Of a stretch of 64,000 bases of DNA, positions 38,332 to 49,463 are shown piece by piece (within the stretch, counting starts at the first letter, position 1; each line of letters begins with the position of its first letter). The stretch covers positions 41,545 through 105,544 of the forward strand of contig CAWKAR010000038.1 in assembly GCA_963847625.1 (NCBI GenBank), read 5' to 3'. A program made the translations under genes and the position numbers. The notes under the pieces are model-generated. The model was not told where the DNA came from, did no database searches, and worked only from the letters and a program-made list of their open reading frames with translations. Origin of the DNA: a candidate division FCPU426 bacterium. Lineage in GTDB: Bacteria > Oederibacteriota > Muellerivitia > Muellerivitales > Muellerivitaceae.

Positions 38332-40086
38332 ATGCCTGAATCCATGAAAAAGCGCCTGGGTGAAATGCTCGTGGATGAAGGAATTATTACCGAAGAGCAG
38401 CTTCAGGAAGCTCTTCATGAGCAAAAAATCAAAGGAGGAAGACTTGAAAAAATCCTAATCAGCCAAGGTTATGTTACTCAGGAAGTAATAATGGCATTTG
38501 TGGGAACCCAACTGGGTATCCCCCATGTTAACTTGAGTGAAATCGGCGAAATTCCAACGGATGTCGTTTTTTCTGTGCCTGAATCCATCGCTATCAATCA
38601 TTGCCTTATCCCCATTGTAAAAAAAGAAAATAAGATTACGGTTGCAATGGCCGATCCATTGAATGTTTTTGCCATTGATGACATTAAAATGACAACCGAA
38701 TTTGAGGTGGAACCCGCCATTGCCAGCGAAACCGAAATCAGGGCATTACAGGCTAAATACTACGGAACCGCCGCCGCAGGTGGAGGCGGAGGTGCGGAAG
38801 CTAGCGGCGATATGCAAGAGATTATCAATTCCATGGGCGCTGATAGTAATTTAGAGGTTATGGAAGAAAAGGATGAGGAAATTGATATTTCTAAATTGGA
38901 AGCTGCCGGTGAAGAGGCGCCAGTTGTTCGGTTGGTTAACCTGATTTTAACTGAAGCGGTAAGGGGAGGGGCAAGCGACATTCATATAGAACCCTACGAA
39001 AAAAATTTAAGGTGTCGTTATCGAATAGACGGAGTATTGCATGAGGTGCAATCGCCCCCGAGGTCTTTATCAGCGGCTATTTCTTCACGCATAAAAATCA
39101 TGTCTTCTTTGGACATTGCTGAAAGACGGCTACCACAGGATGGGCGGATTAAAATTAAGGTTTTAGGAAAGGAGATCGATATAAGGGTTTCTATATGCCC
39201 TATCCAGTTTGGTGAAAAGATTGTTATGAGAATTTTGGATGCATCCAATTTGAGCCTGGATTTACCCAAATTGGGTTTTGAGGATGACGTTCTTCCTAAA
39301 TTTGAAAAGGCAATCTTAGAACCCTATGGATTAGTATTGGCAACGGGGCCTACCGGTTCAGGGAAATCCACAACCCTTTACTCGGCGCTCCATTACATCA
39401 ATAATCCGGATGTCAATATCTCGACTATTGAAGATCCGGTAGAATACAATCTTCACGGTATCAATCAAGTTAACGCAAAATCTTCTATTGGCCTCACTTT
39501 CGCGGCGGGTTTAAGGTCATTCCTTAGACAAGATCCTGACATCATTATGGTTGGGGAAATTCGAGATAAAGAAACAGCAGAAATCGCGATTAACGCCGCC
39601 TTGACGGGCCACTTGGTGTTTTCAACACTTCATACTAATGATGCGCCCGGCGCTGTCACCCGGATGGGGAATATGGGTGTGGAACCGTTTTTAATTACTT
39701 CAACTGTGCATTGTGTTGTAGCGCAACGTTTGATGAGAAGAATATGCAAAGATTGCAAAGAAGCGTATGAGGCTCCGCCAGAAATTTTAGATGAACTCCT
39801 AGTTAATGCTGCTACAGATGAAACCACGACGTTGTATCGAGGGGTAGGCTGTGCAAATTGTTCAAATACCGGTTATAAAGGCCGGATGGCGATACATGAA
39901 GTTTTAATGCTGAATGAAGATTTTCGAAAAGGTATTTTGCAACGTAAATCCTCAACTGAATTGAAGAAAATCGCAAGAGAAGGTGGTATGCAAACTCTTC
40001 GGGAATGTGGCGTGAGGAAAGTTTTAAAAGGTTTGACTACAGTTGAGGAGCTTTTGCGTGTTGCTCATGCGGATGAAGAGGATTGA
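38332..40086 (+). CDS. pilB: Type IV pilus assembly ATPase with MshEN-like N-terminus
   Basis: RLGEMLVDEGIITEEQLQEAL, ASDIHIEP, DIAERRLPQDG, GPTGSGKSTT, LRQDPDIIMVGEIRD, tetracysteine motif. Confidence 0.95.
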   Translation: MPESMKKRLGEMLVDEGIITEEQLQEALHEQKIKGGRLEKILISQGYVTQEVIMAFVGTQLGIPHVNLSEIGEIPTDVVFSVPESIAINHCLIPIVKKENKITVAMADPLNVFAIDDIKMTTEFEVEPAIASETEIRALQAKYYGTAAAGGGGGAEASGDMQEIINSMGADSNLEVMEEKDEEIDISKLEAAGEEAPVVRLVNLILTEAVRGGASDIHIEPYEKNLRCRYRIDGVLHEVQSPPRSLSAAISSRIKIMSSLDIAERRLPQDGRIKIKVLGKEIDIRVSICPIQFGEKIVMRILDASNLSLDLPKLGFEDDVLPKFEKAILEPYGLVLATGPTGSGKSTTLYSALHYINNPDVNISTIEDPVEYNLHGINQVNAKSSIGLTFAAGLRSFLRQDPDIIMVGEIRDKETAEIAINAALTGHLVFSTLHTNDAPGAVTRMGNMGVEPFLITSTVHCVVAQRLMRRICKDCKEAYEAPPEILDELLVNAATDETTTLYRGVGCANCSNTGYKGRMAIHEVLMLNEDFRKGILQRKSSTELKKIAREGGMQTLRECGVRKVLKGLTTVEELLRVAHADEED

Positions 40087-40117
40087 CGTATGATTACGAA
40101 ACAAGAGAGGCGATTTT

Positions 40118-41182
40118 ATGGTCAATATTGATACTCTTTTACGCTTAATGTTTGAAAGAAATGCTTCGGATCTTCATATCACTGCAGGAGCCCCTCCGAT
40201 GTTAAGAGTCGATGGGGTTATAACGCCAACTGAGTATGAAAAACTCAGACCTGAAACCACCCAACAATTGATTTATAGTATTTTAACTGACGAGCAGAAA
40301 GAGAAATTTGAAAAAGATAATGAATTGGACGTATCTTTCGGCGTTGAAGGGGTGGGTCGCGTACGGATGAATGTTTTTCAACAAAGGGGGGCCGTGGCGG
40401 CTGCTCTTCGAAATATACCTACGACTATTCGCAATTTTGATGACCTCAAGTTACCTGCTATTGTACAAGACATCGTTAAATTACCAAAAGGTCTGGTCTT
40501 GGTAACCGGACCCACAGGTTCAGGGAAATCAACAACTTTAGCGGCAATGATTGATTGGATCAATTCCAACAGGCAGAGTCATATTATTACTATTGAAGAC
40601 CCGATTGAATATGTTCATACGCACAAATCTTGTATTGTGAATCAAAGAGAAGTTGGAACAGATACACATACTTTTGCCTCGGCTTTAAAATATGCTTTGC
40701 GTGAAGATCCGGATGTGATTTTGATTGGTGAAATGCGTGACTTGGAAACCATTAATGCAGCTCTAACCATTGCTGAAACCGGTCATTTGGTTTTTGCCAC
40801 ACTTCATACAGTTGATGCTATCCAAACTGTTAATCGCATAATCGATGTGTTTCCTGCTTCTCAACAACAACAGGTTCGTGCACAAATATCTTTTGTTCTT
40901 CAATCTATTTTATCTCAACAGCTTCTTCCAAAGGCATATGGATCAGGTCGTGTTGTAGCAATAGAAGTTCTTATACCAACAGCTGCTGTCCGTAATTTGA
41001 TTCGAGAGGAAAAAATACATCAAATTTATTCAGCTATGCAAACAGGTACGGAATATGGCATGCAAACCATGAACCAGGCATTATTCGAGCTTTATCAAAA
41101 ACAACTAGTGAGTTACAACGAAATATTCTCCCGAACTTTGGATCCGAAAGAATTGCAACGCATGGTGAAGGGTGTAATTTAA
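40118..41182 (+). CDS. pilT: Type IV pilus retraction ATPase
   Basis: ASDLHI, GPTGSGKSTTLAAM, ALREDPDVILIGEMRD, AVRNLIRE, GMQTM. Confidence 0.97.
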   Translation: MVNIDTLLRLMFERNASDLHITAGAPPMLRVDGVITPTEYEKLRPETTQQLIYSILTDEQKEKFEKDNELDVSFGVEGVGRVRMNVFQQRGAVAAALRNIPTTIRNFDDLKLPAIVQDIVKLPKGLVLVTGPTGSGKSTTLAAMIDWINSNRQSHIITIEDPIEYVHTHKSCIVNQREVGTDTHTFASALKYALREDPDVILIGEMRDLETINAALTIAETGHLVFATLHTVDAIQTVNRIIDVFPASQQQQVRAQISFVLQSILSQQLLPKAYGSGRVVAIEVLIPTAAVRNLIREEKIHQIYSAMQTGTEYGMQTMNQALFELYQKQLVSYNEIFSRTLDPKELQRMVKGVI

Positions 41183-41208
41183 TTAAAATGAAGAAAAAAG
41201 GTTAATCC

Positions 41209-42423
41209 ATGCCTCTTTTTAAATACAAAGCCAAAAACAATTTAGGAAAGATTACAGAAGGCACACAGGAAGCGGAAAATGAAGCGGCTGTCGGGGTCAT
41301 ATTACGCCAAAAGCGTTTGGAGTTAGTTTCTGTTTCTCCAGCAAGTAGTTTTAGTTCCATTCTTGGCTCTATTTTAAGTAAAGGGGGAAATGTAAAAACT
41401 GTCGACATTGTTGTATTTAGTCGGCAATTTTCAACAATGATTAACGCTGGACTCCCTATTTTACAGGGTTTAACAATTGTAGCCGAACAGGCAGAAAATC
41501 CAAGTTTCCGAGTCATCATGACTAAAGTTAGGGATGATATTTCCAATGGGGTGCCGTTGTCAGATGCCATGGCAAAACATCCAAAAGTTTTCTCACCGCT
41601 TTACGTTAACATGGTTAAAGCTGGAGAACAGGGCGGTATTTTAGATGTTATTTTTGAACGTTTATCGGAGTATTTAGAAAAATCGGAAGGGGTTAGCCGA
41701 AAAATTAAGGCGGCAATGATGTATCCAGCCGTAGTTTTTTCTGTGGCGATTTTGGTTGTTATTTTTTTGATGGTAAAGGTTATTCCTACCTTTGAAACAG
41801 TTTTTGCGGGCTTTGGCGCCAAGTTACCCGGCCCAACCTTAGTTGTTATTGGCATTAGTCATTTTTTATTAAGTAAAAAGGCTATCTTTATTCTGATTTT
41901 TGGAGTGGGAATATACATTGCTTTAAAATTATACCGGAAGACAAAAACGGGTGCCTATAACTGGGATAAGTTTTTGTTGCGTTTGCCGGTCATCGGAGTT
42001 TTATTGAGAAAAGCTGCTGTTGCAAAATTTGCCCGCACTTTAGGAACATTGATTAAATCAGGCGTTCCAATCATGGATGCCCTTGAAACGGTGGGTAAAA
42101 CTTCGGGAAATCTGGTAATAGAAAGAGCTATATTTAATGCCAGGGAATCAGTTAAAGAAGGAAAAACTTTAACCCAGCCACTAAAAGAAAGCAATGTTTT
42201 TCCTCCAATGGTAACGCAAATGATTAATGTTGGAGAAGAAACTGGTTCCATAGATATAATGTTGTCAAAAGTTGCTGATTTCTATGAAGACGAGGTGGAT
42301 GCGGCGGTAGAAGGATTAACTTCTATTATTGAGCCGATTTTAATTGTTTTTTTAGGAGTTACGCTTGGATTTATTGTAGTGGCTATGTTTATGCCAATAT
42401 TTATGTTGGGAAGTATCGTTTGA
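41209..42423 (+). CDS. pilC: Type IV pilus platform protein
   Basis: FSRQFSTMINAGLP, AGEQGG.LD, GEETG, EP.LIV. Confidence 0.95.
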   Translation: MPLFKYKAKNNLGKITEGTQEAENEAAVGVILRQKRLELVSVSPASSFSSILGSILSKGGNVKTVDIVVFSRQFSTMINAGLPILQGLTIVAEQAENPSFRVIMTKVRDDISNGVPLSDAMAKHPKVFSPLYVNMVKAGEQGGILDVIFERLSEYLEKSEGVSRKIKAAMMYPAVVFSVAILVVIFLMVKVIPTFETVFAGFGAKLPGPTLVVIGISHFLLSKKAIFILIFGVGIYIALKLYRKTKTGAYNWDKFLLRLPVIGVLLRKAAVAKFARTLGTLIKSGVPIMDALETVGKTSGNLVIERAIFNARESVKEGKTLTQPLKESNVFPPMVTQMINVGEETGSIDIMLSKVADFYEDEVDAAVEGLTSIIEPILIVFLGVTLGFIVVAMFMPIFMLGSIV

Positions 42424-42511
42424 TAATATTTAGTTGTATTTTATAGCTGAATAGTTACTTTTTTTAAAATTTTCTCAACAAAATTTTTGTTTTTTGCATG
42501 AGGGTTAAAAA

Positions 42512-43612
42512 ATGAGTTTTTTTTCAAAAGGAATTGTGGGTTTGGATATTGGCACTTCAAGTGTCAAGGTGATTCAATTAAAACAAAATGCTGGACAATG
42601 GCGATTAGTTTCAATGGGTATATCTGAACTTCCAAAAGAAATTCAAGAAAACAATAATCAAGACACAACGAAAAATATAATGGTTGATACCATTAAAAAA
42701 CTTTTTAAAGTAAGTGGAATTAATACCAAAAAAGTTGTGACTGCTTTATCCGGCGACTCAGTGATTATACGTTATGTAAAATTGCCCTTTATGACTACTG
42801 AAGAATTACGTGGAGCAATTCCTCGAGAAGCCGAACAATACATTCCGCTAAATTTAGATCAAGTAGTTCTTGATTTTCAAATTTTGGGAGAATCCCAGGA
42901 AGACGGACAAAAAAAGTTGGATGTATTATTAGTCGCGGCAAAGGTTGATGTGGTTGATCAACATTTATCTCTTTTGAAATCGATTGGATTAACACCTTTG
43001 ATTATTGATGTTGATGCTTTTGCATTGGAAAATGCTTATGAAATTAATCGAACTGAACAAGGAGAAGAAACGGTTGCTTTGATTAATTTAGGGGCGTCTT
43101 TGACAACTATTAATATTCTCGAAGGAAAGAACACTCGATTTACTCGGGATATTCCAGTGGCTGGAAATGATTTTACAAAAGAGATACAAAAAGAATTCAA
43201 TTTGAAATTTTCCGAAGCTGAAGAGCTAAAGAAATCTCACGGGGCAATTTCAATGGAAGAAGATGATTTTAATTTATCCGCAATCACTCAAAAAGATGAT
43301 AGGGTTTTAAGAATGTCGGATGTAATGACTCCTGTGTTAAACAAATTATTAGGAGAAATACGACGTTCATTTGATTATTATGAAACACAATCACGAAAAA
43401 AAACAGTGGAACGAGTGATCCTTTTAGGAGGAAGCGCGAAGTTAAAAAATGTAAATAGGTTTTTAGCCAGCAAGTTGGGAATACCTGTTGAGAATTTCGC
43501 TGCTTTTAGGAATATCGAGGTTGGTAAAAATATCGACTCGGAACAACTTTCTGAAAAAGAGGTTTACATGGGAGTTTGCTTAGGATTGGCACTTCGGCAG
43601 ACGGAATCCTAA
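42512..43612 (+). CDS. pilM: Type IV pilus assembly protein PilM
   Basis: VGLDIGTSSVK actin-like motif, LDFQIL, DVDAFAL, EIRRSFDYY, GLALR. Confidence 0.95.
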   Translation: MSFFSKGIVGLDIGTSSVKVIQLKQNAGQWRLVSMGISELPKEIQENNNQDTTKNIMVDTIKKLFKVSGINTKKVVTALSGDSVIIRYVKLPFMTTEELRGAIPREAEQYIPLNLDQVVLDFQILGESQEDGQKKLDVLLVAAKVDVVDQHLSLLKSIGLTPLIIDVDAFALENAYEINRTEQGEETVALINLGASLTTINILEGKNTRFTRDIPVAGNDFTKEIQKEFNLKFSEAEELKKSHGAISMEEDDFNLSAITQKDDRVLRMSDVMTPVLNKLLGEIRRSFDYYETQSRKKTVERVILLGGSAKLKNVNRFLASKLGIPVENFAAFRNIEVGKNIDSEQLSEKEVYMGVCLGLALRQTES

Positions 43613-43615
43613 TAC

Positions 43616-44161
43616 ATGATAAGAATAAATCTCATACCGATTAAGGAAAAAAAGAAACGTAAGGAGTTGTTCATAATAGTCTGCGTGGTTGCTGTGTTGG
43701 TTATCATCGCCATAGGTATGGCTTGGGTATATGGACTTCGCATGAGCGCTAGAGAAAATATAAAAAAAGAGATCAAGCAAGTTGATGATGAATCAAAGGA
43801 ATATGAAGAAAAAATAAATGAAGAAAAAGATCTTGAGAATAAAGAAGCAAGTCTTGAAACTTTCAAGAAAACAGTCAAGAGTGTTACGGATACTCAAAAA
43901 AAAGTATTGATGGCCATGGATCAATTGGCATTGAACCTTCCGGATGGTGTCTGGCTTATGAAAATTACTCAAGGCAGGGATAAAGATAGCGAATTATATA
44001 CGGTTGAAGGGTATTCTTATTCGGCTCATGACTTGCAAAATTACTTAAATTCTCTTCAAAAACCCGGAGGATTGTTTAAAGAAGTTCAACTTATAACAAC
44101 AGAGAACATTTTATCGTCAAAATTTAAATTAACTGCCAGAGTTTTGGATACTAACTCATGA
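43616..44161 (+). CDS. pilN: PilN
   Basis: MIRINLIP motif, TM, coiled coil, LPDGVWL. Confidence 0.9.
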   Translation: MIRINLIPIKEKKKRKELFIIVCVVAVLVIIAIGMAWVYGLRMSARENIKKEIKQVDDESKEYEEKINEEKDLENKEASLETFKKTVKSVTDTQKKVLMAMDQLALNLPDGVWLMKITQGRDKDSELYTVEGYSYSAHDLQNYLNSLQKPGGLFKEVQLITTENILSSKFKLTARVLDTNS

Positions 44162-44703
44162 AAATTACACCTCTACAGCAATATATAATTTTAGGTGTTG
44201 CCGCTTTTGCTGGCTTGGTATTTTTATATTATCAATTTCTTCTCAAACCGATAAATTCTGAAATCGCAAATTTAAAGACCACGTTGGAACAAAAACAGAA
44301 AGATTTGGAAGAGGCAAAAAAAATAGTAGCAAAATATGTTGAGTTTAAGAAAAGAGCGGATTCTGTTCAAAGGGAACTCGAATGGATTCAAAACAGGATT
44401 CCTAAGACCATTGACAGGGCAAAATTAATGGAAACGGTGAATTTGTTACAAAGCCGATCTCGTGTTGTATTGACTAATTTTACATTTTCGGGGAATCCCA
44501 TAGCTAGAGACTCATGGGTTGAAGTCCCTGTAAAATTAAATTTCACTTCAAGTTATAAAGGACTTCTGGATTTTTTATATCAAGTTAATATATCCAATCT
44601 GCTTATGATTGTAAGGGATGTGACGATAAGTCAACAGTTAGATCCTTTTGGAAATTATACCCTAAAAGCTGAATTGTCTTTAAATGGGATTCAAGCGAAA
44701 TGA
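44158..44703 (+). CDS. pilO: PilO
   Basis: TM + coiled coil + ferredoxin-like core (EVPVKL...Y..LLDFL); position in operon. Confidence 0.85.
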   Translation: MKITPLQQYIILGVAAFAGLVFLYYQFLLKPINSEIANLKTTLEQKQKDLEEAKKIVAKYVEFKKRADSVQRELEWIQNRIPKTIDRAKLMETVNLLQSRSRVVLTNFTFSGNPIARDSWVEVPVKLNFTSSYKGLLDFLYQVNISNLLMIVRDVTISQQLDPFGNYTLKAELSLNGIQAK

Positions 44704-45158
44704 ATAATTCATTGAAAACAAATATAAAACTTATTCTGGCCATGGATGTTGGATTAGGAATGATTGCTTATTTTCCCGTGTTGGCTCAACAACAAGACGT
44801 TCCGGAGCCGGTTTTCATGAATTTTTCTATTCAATCTCCCTATATTCCGTCTTATCATGGAAGGGACCCTTTCTATCCGTTACAGTCGATTTCTTACGAC
44901 ATTTCTAAAAAGGTATCTATCGCCGATTTGGATTATCGAGGGATTTTAAGTTTAGGTGATAAAGATATAGCATTATTTTCTTGGAAACAAGATTCAACAT
45001 ATAGGTTTTTATTAAAATCAAGAAAACTTTACTGTAGTTCAAATAGTACAAAAAGTTCAAAAGAACAGGTTGTGGATGGGATTGTAGGCGATATTAAAAG
45101 TTCCGAAGTGATCTTATTACAAGGCGATCAAAAAATAGTTTTTTCTCGAAGAAAATAA
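44700..45158 (+). CDS. PilP-like protein
   Basis: GRDPF motif; lies between pilO and pilQ; no lipobox Cys seen. Confidence 0.6.
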   Translation: MNNSLKTNIKLILAMDVGLGMIAYFPVLAQQQDVPEPVFMNFSIQSPYIPSYHGRDPFYPLQSISYDISKKVSIADLDYRGILSLGDKDIALFSWKQDSTYRFLLKSRKLYCSSNSTKSSKEQVVDGIVGDIKSSEVILLQGDQKIVFSRRK

Positions 45159-45171
45159 AGGAGTTTCATTA

Positions 45172-47592
45172 ATGCCAAGGGCATACTCAAGGTCGGTTTG
45201 TGTTTTGGGTTTTATATTGATATTTTTCATCCCATGTTTCCTTACTTGGGCAGATGAAGCTATAGAAATTGATTTGGGAAATAACACTTCTACGTCCAAA
45301 TCAACTCCGACTACGCCCAAATTAACTCCGACTCAGGTTATGCCCAATAAAATTATTTCTAAACAAAATAAACCCAGTCTAGAAAAAACAACAAACTCTT
45401 CAGTTGCAGTTAATAAATCTGGAAAGATTACAAAACCTTACGTCAACCAAGTTAGTGTTGATGTGGAGAGTGGCAAAACAAAAGTACTCATCACAGGAAA
45501 AGGCCTTACGAAACCTGATGTTTCAATGACTTCTCAAGGAGGAATATTAATTAAATTTAAAAATACGAAATTGAAAATAGCGAAAAGTATAAAAGAAAAC
45601 AAAAAAAGTATAAAAACAATAAGATCTTCCATTCACGGAACAACTGCCTGGATTGTTATTGACACCGAAGGAGTTAAAACCGCAAGAGCTGAAAAAATTG
45701 TTGACGGGTTCTCTATTGTGCTAAACACGACAAATCAACCGGAGATTGAGGGAAGTTCAACGGAAAAAGGTTCTTTTGCGAATGACAAAACACCAACATC
45801 TTCTTATATGGAAAAAAGAATATTTTCCCGTCTTACGGATATTTCAATAAAACCAATTGATAAAGGGATAAAAGTTGTTTTAACATCCGACGGACCTGCA
45901 AAATACAACGTCCGTAAACTCGGTCAACCTGAAAGATTAGTTGTATGGTTTCATAACACGAAGTTGGATGTTTCCCAAAAAGGGAAGGTATTCAAAAATA
46001 ATGACATGGAAATGCAAAAAGGCGGATTAATTTCGATGGAATTGAGGCAAATTGGTTTGGGCTTTTCTCCCATTTCGGACATAACTTTAATGGTTATTCC
46101 TGGAACGGTTTATAAAGTCGACAGGGATTTAAATCAAGTCATCATTACCTTAGTTCCTCCTTTTTCCGCGGAAAAATCAGGGGGGAATGAAAATCCGGTT
46201 GAAAAGAGGGGAAATTTAAATCAATTAGTTTCCATGGATCTTGAATCTGCGGATTTAAGCACAGTATTGAAAAATATTGCTGTTGAGTCTGGTTTTAGCA
46301 ACGTTGACTTTGTAGGCGGCGCTATTTTTGGGGTTGTAAATGAGAAATTTAAGGATGTGCCTTTAAAAACCGCATTAGCTATTTTATTAACCCCTGGAAA
46401 TTACGATTATGAGGTCCAAGGAAATACCTTAAGAATTGGACCGATTTCGTCCCTTCAGAACACAAAGAAAATTATGCCGCATGTCACGGAAATTTTAAGC
46501 CCTTCAGGGGGTATGAATCTTGGTCAGTTCGATGGTTTGGTCAGGTCCATTTTAAGTCCGACGAATGCTGTCTCAATTACCCAAGACGCAGTGCGGAATG
46601 TTTTGGTTTTAAATGGAACTGTTTCTGATATTGAAGAATATAAAAGAGCCATTAAAGATTTAAAGCTTGATGAAAATGCCTCTGGCGACAGGATTACTCG
46701 AGTCGTTAAGTTAAATTATGCTGATCCCACACAAATGATTGATATCCTGGGACAATATTTGACGCCTGTCGGAAAGGTGAAACAAGATCCACGGACTAAT
46801 AACCTGGTTATATGGGAAGTTGCAAGTAATATGGGTGTTCTTTTGGAGTTGATCAAGGAAATTGATGTCAAATCCCCACAAGTTTTACTTGAGACAAATA
46901 TGGTTGAAGTCCAAGATGAGAGGGATTTGAATATTGGGGTTTCTTTGTCGCTGGCGAGAAATATTGGTGATCCAAAAGTAAATGCAAATTACATTAATCC
47001 CGATAGCCAAGGGTTTCCGGGCTTTTTTGGGATCCAAACGCTTAGAAGCGGTCTTGATATCAATGCCCAAATTTCGGCGGCGGAAGCTAGAAAAAAGGCA
47101 AAGATTATTTCCCGGCCCAGGGTTGCCACAGCCAATGGGGTTGCAGCAGAAATTGACACGGTTGAAAACGTTGTTATAGTAAACACAACACAGAATATAA
47201 ATGGAAACTTAACAACAAACCAAACGACCTTTACTCAATTGCCGCTTCCAATCTCATTAAAGGTAACACCTCGGATTACTGACGATGGTAGAATTACAAC
47301 CAATTTGGCTGTGACAGTCACTTCTGCGACGGGACCTATTGTTAGTGGGCCAAACGGGGCCCAGGGGCCCCCACCAACGAGTGTTCAGGATACCAACACT
47401 ACAATAACGACAAAAAACGGAGAAACTATCGTTATTGGAGGCCTTGTCCGTTATACGGTTAATGATACAGTGAATGGAATTCCTCTTTTATCGAGTTTGC
47501 CTATCATTGGTACCCTTTTCCAAAACCGGACTTATACTAATCAGAAAGTAGAATTGGTGATATTTATAACTCCCACCTTATTGGAAGATTAA
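45172..47592 (+). CDS. pilQ: Type IV pilus secretin with AMIN-like N-terminal domains
   Basis: KLNYAD, DPRTNNL, QVLLE, IISRPRV, LKVTPRIT, NGETIVIGGL, IPLLSSLPIIGTLF, ELVIFITP. Confidence 0.93.
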   Translation: MPRAYSRSVCVLGFILIFFIPCFLTWADEAIEIDLGNNTSTSKSTPTTPKLTPTQVMPNKIISKQNKPSLEKTTNSSVAVNKSGKITKPYVNQVSVDVESGKTKVLITGKGLTKPDVSMTSQGGILIKFKNTKLKIAKSIKENKKSIKTIRSSIHGTTAWIVIDTEGVKTARAEKIVDGFSIVLNTTNQPEIEGSSTEKGSFANDKTPTSSYMEKRIFSRLTDISIKPIDKGIKVVLTSDGPAKYNVRKLGQPERLVVWFHNTKLDVSQKGKVFKNNDMEMQKGGLISMELRQIGLGFSPISDITLMVIPGTVYKVDRDLNQVIITLVPPFSAEKSGGNENPVEKRGNLNQLVSMDLESADLSTVLKNIAVESGFSNVDFVGGAIFGVVNEKFKDVPLKTALAILLTPGNYDYEVQGNTLRIGPISSLQNTKKIMPHVTEILSPSGGMNLGQFDGLVRSILSPTNAVSITQDAVRNVLVLNGTVSDIEEYKRAIKDLKLDENASGDRITRVVKLNYADPTQMIDILGQYLTPVGKVKQDPRTNNLVIWEVASNMGVLLELIKEIDVKSPQVLLETNMVEVQDERDLNIGVSLSLARNIGDPKVNANYINPDSQGFPGFFGIQTLRSGLDINAQISAAEARKKAKIISRPRVATANGVAAEIDTVENVVIVNTTQNINGNLTTNQTTFTQLPLPISLKVTPRITDDGRITTNLAVTVTSATGPIVSGPNGAQGPPPTSVQDTNTTITTKNGETIVIGGLVRYTVNDTVNGIPLLSSLPIIGTLFQNRTYTNQKVELVIFITPTLLED

Positions 47593-47614
47593 TTTTTTCC
47601 ATGTTTGGCAATTC

Positions 47615-47650
47615 ATAAGCGCCTTCATCATAAAGGCGCTTATTTTTTTT
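47615..47650 (+). terminator. Intrinsic terminator after pilQ
   Basis: ATAAGCGCCTT-loop-AAGGCGCTTAT followed by T-run. Confidence 0.85.
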
Positions 47651-47748
47651 GACTTATAATGTTGTTAAACTAAGAAGAAATAACATTAAATTGTCGATTC
47701 GAATCTTAAATGTAACTTCATTTAAAAAAATAAGAAAAGGATGAAATC

Positions 47749-48912
47749 TTGGGTATTCGTTTTTTGACGGCTGGTGAGTCACACGGAAAAGGCCTTGTTG
47801 CCATTTTGGAGGGTTTCCCGGCGAACCTTTTTGTTACTGCGGAGAATATCAATTCGGAACTAATTCGCCGTCAAAAAGGATATGGGCGCGGCGGAAGAAT
47901 GAAGATAGAAAAAGACCAAGTGGAAATATTTTCCGGTGTGAAAAAGGGTTTGACGTTGGGTTCGCCTATCGCTTTTTTGATTAAAAATATGGATTATGAA
48001 AATTGGGAAAAAATAATGACACCTGATCCGGGTGATATCCGGCACATGAATTCCTTATATCGCCCGAGGCCTGGGCATGCCGATCTTCCTGGCGGCATAA
48101 AATATAATCAGCATGATTTAAGAAATATATTGGAGAGAGCCAGCGCAAGGGAGACGACCATCCGGGTTGCGGCGGGCGCTGTGGCAAAGAAGTTTTTAAG
48201 CGATTTTGGCATTCACGTTCAAAGCCATGTAATCCAATTAGGGCCCGCTAAAGTCAAGAATCAAAATATACCCTTTTCCAGGTTGAATAAATTGGCGGAT
48301 CGTTCTCCCGTCAGAATATTGCAAAAAAATGTTGAAAAAAAAGCCATGCATCAAATCAATCGAGCAAGAGAAACCGGCGATACTCTGGGCGGAGTTTTTG
48401 AAATCATAGCAACCGGTGTTCCGATAGGTCTGGGCAGTCACGTGCATTGGGATCGAAAGTTGGATGCTCGCTTAGCACATTCAATGATGAGTATACAAGC
48501 CGTAAAAGGGGTTGAAATCGGGCAAGGTTTTGAGAATGCCGGAAAATTCGGATCAGAAGTTCATGATGAAATTGCTTTTAATAAAAAAAAAGGATTTTAT
48601 CATCTCACAAACCGGGCCGGGGGAATAGAGGGTGGAATTTCAAACGGGGAGCCGATTGTGGTGCGTGTTGCCAAGAAGCCCATCTCCACTCTTCGTCGGC
48701 CTCTTCGCTCAATTGATATACGATCAAAGGAAAAAATCAGTGCTGCTTATGAAAGATCTGATGTATGCGCTTTACCAGCCGCTTCGATCATTGGGGAGGC
48801 TATTTGCGCATGGGTTCTTGCGGATTCCTTTTTAGAGAAATTTGGCGGGGATTTTATGGAAGAAATCCACAAGCGTTATCAATTGTATTTAACGCATATC
48901 AAAAGGTACTAA
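47749..48912 (+). CDS. aroC: Chorismate synthase
   Basis: TAGESHG, RRQKGYGRG, RPRPGHAD, ERASARET, GGIEGG, ERSD. Confidence 0.98.
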   Translation: MGIRFLTAGESHGKGLVAILEGFPANLFVTAENINSELIRRQKGYGRGGRMKIEKDQVEIFSGVKKGLTLGSPIAFLIKNMDYENWEKIMTPDPGDIRHMNSLYRPRPGHADLPGGIKYNQHDLRNILERASARETTIRVAAGAVAKKFLSDFGIHVQSHVIQLGPAKVKNQNIPFSRLNKLADRSPVRILQKNVEKKAMHQINRARETGDTLGGVFEIIATGVPIGLGSHVHWDRKLDARLAHSMMSIQAVKGVEIGQGFENAGKFGSEVHDEIAFNKKKGFYHLTNRAGGIEGGISNGEPIVVRVAKKPISTLRRPLRSIDIRSKEKISAAYERSDVCALPAASIIGEAICAWVLADSFLEKFGGDFMEEIHKRYQLYLTHIKRY

Positions 48913-48920
48913 ACCCTCTA

Positions 48921-49463
48921 ATGCATTCCCATGAAAATGTAATCCTAATAGGTTTTATGGGCTCGGGAAAGACTTCTACGGGAAAAGAACTAGCCCCATT
49001 ACTTCAATACGGTTTTTGGGATATCGATCAGTGGATTGAAGAAAAAATGAAAAAAAAAATACATGAACTTTTTCACGACGAAGGTGAATTATTTTTTCGC
49101 GAGAAGGAAAAAGAAGCTATTCATTGGTTCGATGGAAAGAAAAAATATGTGATTTCTACAGGCGGGGGTATTTGGATAAATGAGGAAAACCGCAAACAAC
49201 TGCTGGATAAGGGTTTATGTGTTTGGTTAAAAGTTTCACCGCAGCAGGCTTTGAATAGAATTGTACACAGTTTATCACAGAGACCTTTGTTGGCCAGGGA
49301 ACCGGATCCGTTAAAAGTGATTGAAAAAATGATGGAAGAAAGGAATGTTTTTTATAGCCAAGCTCACATATCAATCAATACCGATGGGAAACAGCCGAAA
49401 GAAGTCGCTCTTGAGATACAAAAAATATTAAATAACCAGAAAAATTGTTGGGAAATAAATTAG
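48921..49463 (+). CDS. aroK: Shikimate kinase
   Basis: LIGFMGSGKTS, GE..FR..E, STGGG, RPLL. Confidence 0.95.
   Translation: MHSHENVILIGFMGSGKTSTGKELAPLLQYGFWDIDQWIEEKMKKKIHELFHDEGELFFREKEKEAIHWFDGKKKYVISTGGGIWINEENRKQLLDKGLCVWLKVSPQQALNRIVHSLSQRPLLAREPDPLKVIEKMMEERNVFYSQAHISINTDGKQPKEVALEIQKILNNQKNCWEIN

Noticed and set aside
47650..47675. dif site (ATAATGTTGTTAAACT)
   Set aside because: Arm spacing does not fit the 28-bp XerC/XerD consensus.
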